Assembly (NCBI GenBank): GCA_025839675.1
Contig: CP104013.1
Location: 3,720,001-3,752,000 of the forward strand
Length of the DNA: 32,000 nt
From: Candidatus Lokiarchaeum ossiferum
GTDB lineage: Archaea; Asgardarchaeota; Lokiarchaeia; Sigyniarchaeales; Promethearchaeaceae
Direction: 5' to 3'
A model generated the notes under the pieces. It did no database searches, was not told where the DNA came from, and saw nothing but the letters and a program-made list of their open reading frames with translations. Shown here in pieces: positions 1 to 8,407 of this stretch. The translations under genes were made by a program, and so were the position numbers. Each line of letters starts with the position of its first letter. Position 1 is the stretch's first letter.

Positions 1-168
1 CAAAATCGATTTTCCCTCAACATCACCTAGCTCCCGTTGTTCAAGTCCATATAATGAGGTTTTTCCTTCCTTAAAGCCTTTTACATCATAGAACCGGGAT
101 TTTGAATGGATATTGGCCATTTCATCCCATCGACGTTGATTAATATCAAACTCAGAAGTATTTTTCAT
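1..168 (-). CDS. Class I SAM-dependent methyltransferase, N-terminal fragment (gene runs off the left edge)
   Basis: Not in the ORF track. A reverse-strand ATG at 166-168 opens an unbroken 56-codon frame to position 1: MKNTSEFDINQRRWDEMANIHSKSRFYDVKGFKEGKTSLYGLEQRELGDVEGKSIL. The W-D-E..A..H...FYD..GF..GK.SL...E..ELGDV.GKS lead-in typically precedes motif I in a widespread methyltransferase family. Confidence 0.55.
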   Translation of the reverse strand, partial: MKNTSEFDINQRRWDEMANIHSKSRFYDVKGFKEGKTSLYGLEQRELGDVEGKSIL

Positions 169-276
169 AAAGGGGAAAAGGTATTTTGATTATTAAGGTT
201 ATCTAAAAAACCAAACATTTGATAAATTACATTCGCAATCATACTATAATTTAGTTTATAATTTACTTTTTCTTTT

Positions 277-810
277 TCAATACATTTTAGATGGTAATGT
301 GCTCCATACAAACCCCGTTTCTTCATATTTTTCTTCAGCATGTGTTATGAAATCCACATAAGTTGGGATTCCTCCTAGTTTTTGATAAAATTCACACGCA
401 GAATTTTGACTTAGTGCCCAGATCAGCATAGATTGATATCCTAGTTCTTCAAAATACTGGACGACTTTGAAAAATAGTTGTGTTCCAATTCCTTGCTGCC
501 AATATTCTGGTAAAATGTACATGGCATAGAGTTCACCATCAACCACATCTGAATAATTTCTCGGAATTCCGCACCAAGTGTACCCGACAATCCTTAGATC
601 CGAATCTTGAATAACAAAAATGCGACTTGGATCGATCTTGGTTTGATTAATCCGCTTTATCCATTTCGGAACCCGTTCTGGAATTGTTAAGCTATCCAAA
701 TAGTGATCCGAAATCAAATTACGATACGCTTTTTTCCAACTCAAAACACGTACAGTTGCAATTTCTAACGCATCTTCCAGTCGTGCTACCCTAATATTCA
801 TATCCATCAA
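277..810 (-). CDS. GNAT family N-acetyltransferase
   Basis: 177-aa ORF of typical GNAT length. It carries the acetyl-CoA motif A, QQGIGTQLF (Q/RxxGxG/A). Confidence 0.85.
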   Translation of the reverse strand: MMDMNIRVARLEDALEIATVRVLSWKKAYRNLISDHYLDSLTIPERVPKWIKRINQTKIDPSRIFVIQDSDLRIVGYTWCGIPRNYSDVVDGELYAMYILPEYWQQGIGTQLFFKVVQYFEELGYQSMLIWALSQNSACEFYQKLGGIPTYVDFITHAEEKYEETGFVWSTLPSKMY

Positions 811-962
811 AATGATTTAAGCTAAATGAATTTTATATTCTTTCATCGATTGAATCCAGTTTTGAAAATATTTTCTAATTACACCCATTAACCATAACAC
901 CATAATTGAATTTCAATGGGAGTAAATATTACAACTTGAAGGAGGCTAGTTTTTAGCAAAAC

Positions 963-2168
963 ATGTTTTATTATCACTTGATCAAAATGAAATACCGAAA
1001 ACTGTTTGATGAAGACACTTCCATTTTAGGTTTCGGATGTATGCGTTTACCTACAATTAAAGAAGGAGACACAACTAAAATCAATCAACCTGAAGCGATT
1101 AAGCAAATTCGCCATGGAATTGACCAAGGGATTAATTACATTGATACCGCTTGGCCATATCACAATCAAGAAAGTGAAGTTGTGGTTGGAAAAGCATTGC
1201 AAGACGGTTATCGTGAAAAAGTAAAATTGGTTACCAAAGCCCCCGTTTGGGAATATAAGGTCCCAGAGGATTTTGAGAAATATTTAAAATTGCAGCTAGA
1301 AAAATTGCAAACCGATCATTTGGATATATATTTACTCCATGCGTTAAGCAAAATGCGATTTTCGAGGGTTCAAGAATTAAAATTATTCGAACAAGCCGAA
1401 AAAGCTAAAAAAGCAGGATTGATCAAACACTTTGGCTTTTCTTTTCATGGCAATTATGAAACGTTCATCGAAATAATTGATGCATATGATTGGGATGTGA
1501 CTCAGATTCAATTCAATTACATGGATGTCAATTCCCAAGCAACTGAAAAGGGATTGAAGTATGCGGGAAAGAAAGGTATTCCTGTCATAGTCATGGAACC
1601 TTTATTGGGGGGAAAGCTTGTTCGACAAACTGATGAGGGCCTAAAATTCTTGAACGAAGCAAAAACACAACAATCCTTAGCTGCATGGGCACTCCAGTTT
1701 GTGTGGAATTATTCTGAAGTTAAAGTGGTATTGAGCGGAATGAATACGATGGAGATGATTGATGAAAATTGTGCAAGTGCTGATCGTGCGGGAATCAATT
1801 CTCTTTCGGATGAAGATCTTGCCACCATTGCTGGACTTAAAGCTTCCTTTGAAAAATTGATCTATATTCCATGCACTCGTTGTGAATATTGCATGCCTTG
1901 TCCTTCGGGAGTGAATATTCCAATGAATTTACGCGTCTTAAATGAAGCGGTATGGACAGGGTCTGCAGCTTCCATGCAAAGCTGGTTTGATGGGTTTGCT
2001 CAAACAGAAGAAGCTTTAGCCGAAAAACCCAATAATGGGGCTGCTCAACTGTGTATCGAGTGTGGTCAATGTTTGGATAAGTGTCCTCAATCGATCAATA
2101 TTCCTGAAGGATTGAAAAAGGCAGCATCTGTTTTTGTTGATGGTGTAGATCCCAAAAGCATTGTCTAA
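963..2168 (+). CDS. Aldo/keto reductase with C-terminal 4Fe-4S ferredoxin-like domain (COG1453-type oxidoreductase)
   Basis: AKR N-terminus: MKYRKL...LGFGCMRLP...INYIDTAWPYH...LDIYLLH. Two Cys clusters lie at the C-terminus: CTRCEYCMPCPSGVNIP and CIECGQCLDKCPQSINIP. The internal ATG at 987 (MKYRKL...) is the more typical family start. Confidence 0.85.
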   Translation: MFYYHLIKMKYRKLFDEDTSILGFGCMRLPTIKEGDTTKINQPEAIKQIRHGIDQGINYIDTAWPYHNQESEVVVGKALQDGYREKVKLVTKAPVWEYKVPEDFEKYLKLQLEKLQTDHLDIYLLHALSKMRFSRVQELKLFEQAEKAKKAGLIKHFGFSFHGNYETFIEIIDAYDWDVTQIQFNYMDVNSQATEKGLKYAGKKGIPVIVMEPLLGGKLVRQTDEGLKFLNEAKTQQSLAAWALQFVWNYSEVKVVLSGMNTMEMIDENCASADRAGINSLSDEDLATIAGLKASFEKLIYIPCTRCEYCMPCPSGVNIPMNLRVLNEAVWTGSAASMQSWFDGFAQTEEALAEKPNNGAAQLCIECGQCLDKCPQSINIPEGLKKAASVFVDGVDPKSIV

Positions 2169-2183
2169 CCTGTGTAGAAAACC

Positions 2184-2191
2184 TTTTTTTT
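2184..2191 (+). terminator. T8 tract, putative archaeal-type terminator of the aldo/keto reductase gene
   Basis: TTTTTTTT begins 16 nt after the stop codon. Oligo-T tracts are the known archaeal termination signal. Specificity is low in an AT-rich genome. Confidence 0.35.
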
Positions 2192-2615
2192 CACATTTTT
2201 AAAGTAGTATTTTTTTTTACACCAATGATTTTTTGAATGAGTTTTTGAATTAACGGATAAAGAAGAAGAAATTGAAAAAAGAAAAAATATGAAGGTATTT
2301 GTGATATGCGACTACAATTTCTTATAATCCCATGATTAAATGATGTGATTCGACAGAATGGCTCCAATTTTTGAAATAGGCGCGAAACAGATTGATCAAT
2401 TTTTCGAACATTTAGGGGTCTCCAATATCTATAAGAAAAACACATTCATATATATCCCTTACATTAGAATAATTGTAAAATTGGGTTGAAATATTTTCGG
2501 TATTGCTAGGATATTGTGCTAAAATTCATGATTTGAATAAAAAAAGAATTTAAATAACTCGAAATTATTTGTTCATTCAGATGGTTATATTATCAACTAG
2601 ATAATTATCTAGTAT

Positions 2616-2624
2616 AAAAAAAAA
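2616..2624 (-). terminator. T9 tract (A9 on + strand), putative terminator of the acyl-CoA dehydrogenase gene
   Basis: Nine consecutive T on the - strand begin 14 nt downstream of the stop at 2638-2640. An 18-bp palindrome follows at 2596-2613. Confidence 0.35.
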
Positions 2625-2637
2625 GAAAGTATTGAAA

Positions 2638-4203
2638 TTAGTTCTTTTTTGCTTTATAAATAGCCTTACCTGCATTGGAAAGGAGTTTTGGTAAAGCAGA
2701 ACTATAGGCTCTAAATTCAATATCATTTTTCGTCTCAGCGGCATTTTTTAGTTTATTGATGGCATTCTGTAAGTTCAACTTATCCGATTCTGGGAGATAT
2801 TGGCTTTCTTCAGTAATTATTTTTTCTGCTCGGGCGATATAAAGATCATTAAGTTTCGCATTGACTTTCTTTTGTTCCCGCTTCGCCTTTTTGATATTAC
2901 TTCCAATAGCCATTGCAGTGGTCGCTTTTAGTCCCATTTCTACAATCATTAGTTGAATATTGCGATGACCTCCTAAAACTTCAGAAAGTCGGCTTAAATT
3001 TTCTAAACGATTAATTATATTATTTGAACCTGGTTCATTGATGGCTCCCCGACCGCCCATGACTTGCACAATTTCATAGGTCGCTTTGTGAGCCATCTTC
3101 GTTGCTAAATATTTTCCTTGGGCTGCTGAAACTGCTAAAGTGGCTTCGTCCATTGGATCTGGAGTTTCTCCCTTATGAATTTTAGATCCGACTCGTTTAT
3201 CATAAAAATCAGCAATTTGCATGGCAAATGATGTGTAGGCAGATAATTGTGCATAGATGTCTGCTAAGACATGGCTGATTCCTTGGTATTTAAAGAGGGG
3301 TTTATTAAATTGATGACGAAGTTGGGTATAAATTGTCCCAGTAGCTAACGCATGCCAAAGACTTCCAAGAGAACTTGAGATGATCGTAAATCGTTCTGGC
3401 GTCAATCCTCGGAAGAGTCTTTTATACCCTTCTCCTGGTGGGGCAATCATGCGATCCTTTGGCACTGTTACATTGTCATAATTCACTTTTGCTATTCCTA
3501 CTCCATGGGCAGCAGGAATATGTAATCGTTCAGTGGAGAGTCCTTCATCTTCCCGTTTGAAAAGAGATAGCATCATGGTTCTGCGAGGATTTGACACATC
3601 CAATACTCCATACGTGCTGAAGTAGTCGGCAACTGCACCATTAGTGGTATAGATTTTAGTTCCATTATAAGTAACATCACCGTTATCAGCAATTGATGCA
3701 AGCGTTTTCATATTAACTGCGTCACTTCCATGTTCCGGTTCTGTAATTCCAATTCCTCCGATTTTGGTTCCTCGGTAGATTGCATGCAAAGCTTTTTCCT
3801 GTATATCAGAGCGTTTAGGATTGTGATAAAGGGAGTTTCCCACTAAAATCGATGATGCACTCATGGACATATCTACTTCTGGAGCCATACCACCAACAGC
3901 TAAATTCAGTAGCATCTGAGTTTTGCAAGATCCGTAAATACCTTCGTAAGTATTCATACGTTGAAGCATGTAATGTTCTCCCAATTTTGGAAGAATTTCA
4001 TAAGCATCTTCTATATTCACTTGAGGGGCCAGTTTCTTGCAGACATCTTGAAATCCCATAAAAGTGTCTCGTTCTTCTTTATTTAACAATGGAAAGATGT
4101 TGGAATTAATAAAAGAATATCGGTTTCCCAAGCTCAACCCTTTCTCATAGTTCTTCTCTAATAAATTACCATAAATTGCGTCATTTAACTTCATATTTTT
4201 CAT
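2638..4203 (-). CDS. Acyl-CoA dehydrogenase family protein with an extra C-terminal helical tail
   Basis: ACAD signature GITEPEHGSDAVNMKT, plus QVMGGRGAINEP and ...GGHRNIQLMIV. The MCAD-type catalytic Glu (YEGT) position holds Gly. A Glu is present at the IVD-type position (GLTPERFTII). An 87-aa Lys-rich tail follows the fold. Confidence 0.85.
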   Translation of the reverse strand: MKNMKLNDAIYGNLLEKNYEKGLSLGNRYSFINSNIFPLLNKEERDTFMGFQDVCKKLAPQVNIEDAYEILPKLGEHYMLQRMNTYEGIYGSCKTQMLLNLAVGGMAPEVDMSMSASSILVGNSLYHNPKRSDIQEKALHAIYRGTKIGGIGITEPEHGSDAVNMKTLASIADNGDVTYNGTKIYTTNGAVADYFSTYGVLDVSNPRRTMMLSLFKREDEGLSTERLHIPAAHGVGIAKVNYDNVTVPKDRMIAPPGEGYKRLFRGLTPERFTIISSSLGSLWHALATGTIYTQLRHQFNKPLFKYQGISHVLADIYAQLSAYTSFAMQIADFYDKRVGSKIHKGETPDPMDEATLAVSAAQGKYLATKMAHKATYEIVQVMGGRGAINEPGSNNIINRLENLSRLSEVLGGHRNIQLMIVEMGLKATTAMAIGSNIKKAKREQKKVNAKLNDLYIARAEKIITEESQYLPESDKLNLQNAINKLKNAAETKNDIEFRAYSSALPKLLSNAGKAIYKAKKN

Positions 4204-4395
4204 TTCACATCTTGATTAAAATTCGAAACTTAGATTCACGTGAAAATGATTACTATTCCAATTTAAGCTTCTCACTGAAATAAGATTAGGAATAATCGCA
4301 AAAGTTTGAAGAGGATTAAATGATTGAACCAACTTGTTATTTCTACCATGTTTCTAAATTAAACAAATGTATACATGACTTTTGAGGTTGAAAAA

Positions 4396-5373
4396 CTAAA
4401 AATTTAAATCACCATATAATTTTTTTACGCATTCTGGACAAATTCCATGGGTGAGCTCTGCATCGGTATGAGTATGCAAGTATTCATCAACTCTATGCCA
4501 ATATCCCTTGTCATCTCGCATTTTATGACAGTTCGAACAGATTGGAAGTAATCCTGAAAGAGTTTTAATATGTTTAAGTTTTTCTTCCAATTCTTTTTCC
4601 CGTTGCTTTAATTCTCGAAAGATGATATTATATGGATTTTTTAAGCCGATTATGAGAATGGATTGCAAAAGGATAATATTCGCTAAAAATTTGAACAAAT
4701 GGCCTATAACATTAGAGATGCCAAATACCGATATATAAAAGGTAAACGATAGCTCCGATAAAGCGGTCAATATAAAAAACAGATATAAATTCCATCGAAT
4801 TTCTTGTGGAAATTCTTCTTTTCGCGATCGGAGTAGAAAAATGCTACCAATTAATCCTAAGGAAATGACGTATTCACTTATTTTCTTAAATGGTGTAAGA
4901 CCTTCCCCTTCGATAAAACAAACAGGGAAAATTTTGAAAACGAAAATGGCTAAACTCACAAGAAGTGACACAACGGTATACAGAAGGAAAACAGTTATCT
5001 CATGATTTTTGTTTTTTCGTATTGTTAATGCGAGAATAATTGATATTAATTGTAAATAACGCGATGCGATCCATAATTGGGTAGGTAAATTTGCATCAAA
5101 TCCTTCAAAGATATTCATTCCTTTGTACGACAGAACGTGTAATAAATCAATCATACCAATGAAAAATGATCCAATTCCTAAAAAAAGGTAAAAAGGATTT
5201 TCAATACGATTTCGGGATAACCAATAAAACATAAAGATACTAAATCCTGTAGCGATTGAAAAAATCTCAATTAAACTGTGAAACACTAAAAAAGAATATA
5301 CACTCAGGAGATAAAACCCTACAATTGTTAAAAATAGAAAACTCCCATATTTGATTACTTTTCTTCTTTCCAT
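4396..5373 (-). CDS. MASE3-like integral-membrane sensor with coiled coil and C-terminal CxxC...HxH...CxxC module
   Basis: About 7 hydrophobic segments carry MASE3-type motifs: FHSLIEIFSI, LLHVLSYKGMNIF and LPTQLWIASRYL. A coiled coil follows (RELKQREKELEEKLKHIK). The C-terminus reads LPICSNCHKMRDDKGYWHRVDEYLHTHTDAELTHGICPECVKKLYG. Confidence 0.7.
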   Translation of the reverse strand: MERRKVIKYGSFLFLTIVGFYLLSVYSFLVFHSLIEIFSIATGFSIFMFYWLSRNRIENPFYLFLGIGSFFIGMIDLLHVLSYKGMNIFEGFDANLPTQLWIASRYLQLISIILALTIRKNKNHEITVFLLYTVVSLLVSLAIFVFKIFPVCFIEGEGLTPFKKISEYVISLGLIGSIFLLRSRKEEFPQEIRWNLYLFFILTALSELSFTFYISVFGISNVIGHLFKFLANIILLQSILIIGLKNPYNIIFRELKQREKELEEKLKHIKTLSGLLPICSNCHKMRDDKGYWHRVDEYLHTHTDAELTHGICPECVKKLYGDLNF

Positions 5374-5463
5374 CTATCATGGTTCAATACCTATTCACCT
5401 AAGTATTTTTTCAATTGATTGATGTTAAAATGCTGAACTACGATTTTTCCCTAAATTTATGCA

Positions 5464-6546
5464 TTAAATCACATCTAAATTTAATTGTATTAGCGCTTTG
5501 TTCAGTAATGGCAAAAAAGCACCCATATTGTAAATGGTATTGTAGACCTTTTCAATTCCATATTTATCATGTAATAACCCCCAAATTTCGTTTCCAAAAC
5601 TATAAAATCGACTTTGCTTTAATCGAGGAGACTCATCTGGAGATTGTTCTGCAGTTTTATCATTCATCCAGTATTTTTGAAAAAGGGCCATTAATTGATC
5701 TTGAGAAGTAATTTCTCCATTGCGAATCATTTGAATATGATTTCTGAACATCTGGAAAGTATTTTCAAAATCGTTATTCAAGTATTCCCATGAAAATCGA
5801 TCCAATCCAATATTTTCTGGTAAATCAAGATATAATGGTTGGGACAAAATTCCCTTAGCATTATTGCAATATTTAACTGCTAATCCTTCACCTGAGAAAA
5901 GAAGGAAGAATAATTGCTCTAAAGGCATGTTCACAATATCAAGACTATCGTGGATTTCATTCATTGCGATATGATGAATTTCATGACCAATACAAAATCG
6001 GATTTGTTCAGGTGTAAATTCCTTGATTAATTGAATGAAATCAAAATGAATATATTTTCGTCCATCTTCAGTTTGATGGGGGTAACCAAATGACATACCG
6101 ATTCCAACCGTAAATAGAAATGTGACTTTACCGAATTGAGTTCCCTTGGGTAATCCTTTTAGAGCGAGATCCCCTTGTTCCTTAATAATCTCGGGTGTAA
6201 AAATACTTTCAATCAAATCCAATTTAGACTGATAGTCATCTACATGTTCTATCAAGTATTTGAAGTGATCAAATCGCACTAGTAGATCTTCATTTTTTAT
6301 AGAACTCTTCTCTATGGATTGGAAGTTAAGAATAAAATCGATTAATTCCGATTTTTGAACCCGATTTCCATATCGGGAGAATTCAACAACATAATCTGGG
6401 TGATCAAGAATCTCTTCTAGTTGTTGACGAATCGCTATCTTGTTTGCATTTGGCTTTCTTAAGTTTTTAAAAATTAGTATCATCTGTTCCAAGGTGGCCT
6501 TTTGAAACGAGATTTGTAATGGTTCTATAAGATTTATTTTTTGCAT
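5464..6546 (-). CDS. Hypothetical protein with HExxH motif (putative Zn-dependent peptidase-like, DUF2268-like)
   Basis: 360-aa ORF. A single metalloprotease-type motif, CIGHEIHHIAMNE, lies in the second half. No signal peptide or TM segment is visible. The family assignment is tentative. Confidence 0.55.
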   Translation of the reverse strand: MQKINLIEPLQISFQKATLEQMILIFKNLRKPNANKIAIRQQLEEILDHPDYVVEFSRYGNRVQKSELIDFILNFQSIEKSSIKNEDLLVRFDHFKYLIEHVDDYQSKLDLIESIFTPEIIKEQGDLALKGLPKGTQFGKVTFLFTVGIGMSFGYPHQTEDGRKYIHFDFIQLIKEFTPEQIRFCIGHEIHHIAMNEIHDSLDIVNMPLEQLFFLLFSGEGLAVKYCNNAKGILSQPLYLDLPENIGLDRFSWEYLNNDFENTFQMFRNHIQMIRNGEITSQDQLMALFQKYWMNDKTAEQSPDESPRLKQSRFYSFGNEIWGLLHDKYGIEKVYNTIYNMGAFLPLLNKALIQLNLDVI

Positions 6547-6586
6547 TTTTTTTTCCCTTCCATTTTTATAATGATAAACTAATAAT

Positions 6587-6669
6587 ATTCGTTTTTTATA
6601 ATAAATAACGAATTTTTAATAATGATATATCAACACAAGTATTTAAATGATTCGTTTTTTTATAGTAAA
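6587..6669. promoter_or_regulatory. Two direct copies of ATTCGTTTTTT(T)ATA(A/G)TAAA in the divergent promoter region; candidate TATA/operator boxes
   Basis: Copy 1 is at 6587-6605 and copy 2 at 6650-6669, with one extra T and one A/G difference. Copy 1 also forms ATTCGTT-N13-AACGAAT (6587-6613). Copy 2 places TTTATA about 20 nt upstream of the ATG at 6683. Confidence 0.25.
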
Positions 6670-6682
6670 GTAGAATCAAAAT

Positions 6683-7462
6683 ATGAATAAAAAAAAAAAA
6701 AGTTCTTCTGAAAATAAAGGACAATCGTCTAAAAAATTCAAAAAGTCGAAAGATGAGAAGACTCCCCTTGAATTGCTTCTTAGTAAGACAAAGTTTCATA
6801 TCTATAGTTATCTTGAAATGTATCAACAATTAACCAGTGCCGATTTTGAAAGATTGCTAAGTAAAAGTAAATCCACGATTCACACTCACTTACAAGATCT
6901 GATAGAAATTGGTATTATTGCAGTTCCAGAAATGCGGGATATTAAAGGAAACATGATTTATCGCTTGGCAGAAGACTACAACGAAAAAATAGGGGATTTT
7001 GATTCAGATGTAGATTTTAGTTCCCCAAATACTTCCGAAAAAGATCTCCTTAAAATTATTCAAATTGAGAGTGCATTTGCAAAGATCAATCAGGCAAATA
7101 GTCAATATCTTGTGGATTTTGGCAAGAAAATAAATGAAATTGCAAAAGCTGGCCTTGATTCAAGTAATTTAGCTATGTTACGTGATATGACAAAACTTAA
7201 GCGAGATAAAAAAGGACATCTCATAAAAGATGATAAAGGAAATAATATTTCCCAGTTTGATCTTTTAAGCTCATTTAATTATATGTCACGTGCTGAATAC
7301 CTAATTTTCCGGGAAGAGTGGAGCCATTTTTTAAATAGAGTAAGGAAGAAATATGAGGAACTTCGTGAATCGGGAGATGAATTGAGTCAAAACGATGAAA
7401 AAGTTATGCTCGTAACCACGACTGGAATGCCCATTAAACGGTTACTTGAATTTTTAAATTAA
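6683..7462 (+). CDS. Winged-helix (ArsR/TrmB-like) DNA-binding protein with Lys-rich N-terminus
   Basis: The N-terminus is KKKKSSSENKGQSSKKFKKSK. A wHTH-like segment follows: KFHIYSYLEMYQQLTSADFERLLSKSKSTIHTHLQDLIEIGIIAV. The C-terminal half is charged and helical. Confidence 0.6.
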   Translation: MNKKKKSSSENKGQSSKKFKKSKDEKTPLELLLSKTKFHIYSYLEMYQQLTSADFERLLSKSKSTIHTHLQDLIEIGIIAVPEMRDIKGNMIYRLAEDYNEKIGDFDSDVDFSSPNTSEKDLLKIIQIESAFAKINQANSQYLVDFGKKINEIAKAGLDSSNLAMLRDMTKLKRDKKGHLIKDDKGNNISQFDLLSSFNYMSRAEYLIFREEWSHFLNRVRKKYEELRESGDELSQNDEKVMLVTTTGMPIKRLLEFLN

Positions 7463-8065
7463 TTTTTTCAATATTAAATCGACCAGGAACATTTGCATTT
7501 ACGTTTAGGATATGAAATTAACATCCTCCTATATCCAATAAAACCAAACATTTAATTTTCACTGGTATACAAAACGTTTAAAAACCACATTTCACTTTAT
7601 TTGAATACAACTATCCAAGTTGGAATTTCACTATGGTCTCATCTAAAAACTATCGCGGATGTATTCTCACTCACGGCGCAGATAATATTGCCGTTCCAGT
7701 GGAGACCATGTTTCCTATTTGGGAATAGATGCATATTTCTTTTTCCGGTTGTCTTTAACTCTTTCAAGATGAGACCACATTTTCGAGTTAAATATTTCAC
7801 CTGATTCAGATATGATTATTGTCATCACTTTTATTCGGAAGAAAACCCCATGCACCTAAAAATCAAAAAAATTACTTATTACTCAATCGCTCAATATTAG
7901 TTTAGTGGCATTTAGATTCTTTCTTGTGCTAATTTGGGCAACGTAACCTTTATATTTGATTAATTCCTTATTATTTCATAACATTTTCATTTCTAATGTG
8001 AATTTAGTTGATTACAATGACTCGAAAAAATATCAAAAAATCTCGATTACCAACTCTATGCTTTA

Positions 8066-8190
8066 TCGACGATAGTGCATGTGTGGGGGTAAATCCTGGC
8101 TTCCCGATGACTATTCGTGATCGAAGCCTGGCAGGGATGATTGGTAATTCGCGAGTGAAATCCACTAATCTTCCCTTCTAATCGTAACAC
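8066..8190. other. G+C-enriched self-complementary island; candidate structured RNA of unknown class
   Basis: It lies within the 945-bp gap at 7463-8407. GGCTTC (8098-8103) pairs with GAAGCC (8122-8127), extendable to CCTGGCTTC/GAAGCC(tggc)AGG. TCGACGATAGT (8066-8076) can alternatively pair with ACTATTCGTGATCGA (8111-8125). It is visibly richer in G+C than its flanks. I could not fit a tRNA cloverleaf or a known riboswitch consensus. Confidence 0.2.
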
Positions 8191-8407
8191 CAATGGTTAG
8201 ATGAACTAAAAAGTATTTTTCGATACCAAATTTCTATCGTTAATGCTTTTTGATTCCAATTTCTCTTCTTGGAGGAATTTGAGCTTCTTACCGATCATTC
8301 TTCAACCAATGAAAATTTTTTTTGTAATTCCTGAGGGCATCCTTGGGACCTGAGGTGATTAAACTCAAAACCAAAACAATGAAAAAATTATAAAAAGGAA
8401 AACCACT

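Noticed and set aside
2191-2445. 84-aa ORF on the - strand in the convergent spacer.
   Set aside because: The translation is low-complexity and poly-Phe/Leu (…YFFFFQFLLLYPL…). It shows no motif and no plausible start context.
6596-6829. 77-aa - strand ORF across the divergent promoter and the 5' end of the wHTH gene. Similar edge or intergenic ORFs are at 7601-7804, 8365-8619, 11368-11550 and 18530-18778.
   Set aside because: They overlap promoters or the starts of better-supported genes and have Phe/Ile/Leu-rich translations. 11368-11550 reads the MFS 3' remnant in the wrong frame.
7634-7778. 11-bp inverted repeat TGGTCTCATCT (7634-7644) / AGATGAGACCA (7768-7778), with a third partial copy at 7701-7709. 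It was considered as MITE or IS termini. The region also holds short broken reverse-strand ORFs (MTIIISESGEIFNSKMWSHLERVKDNRKKKYASIPK*).
   Set aside because: The arms are short. The immediate flanks (ACTA versus CATT) show no target-site duplication. The enclosed ~120 bp has no transposase similarity that I can recognise. It could be chance or a decayed gene.
8040-8200. Possible tRNA, TPP riboswitch or fluoride riboswitch in the G+C-rich island.
   Set aside because: I could not build a cloverleaf. The only T-arm-like hairpin (GAGTG-AAATC-CACT) has a 5-nt loop and 4 bp. The conserved cores of the TPP (CUGAGA…ACCUGAUCUGGAUAAUGCCAGCG) and fluoride riboswitch motifs are absent on both strands. 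It is kept only as an unclassified candidate.
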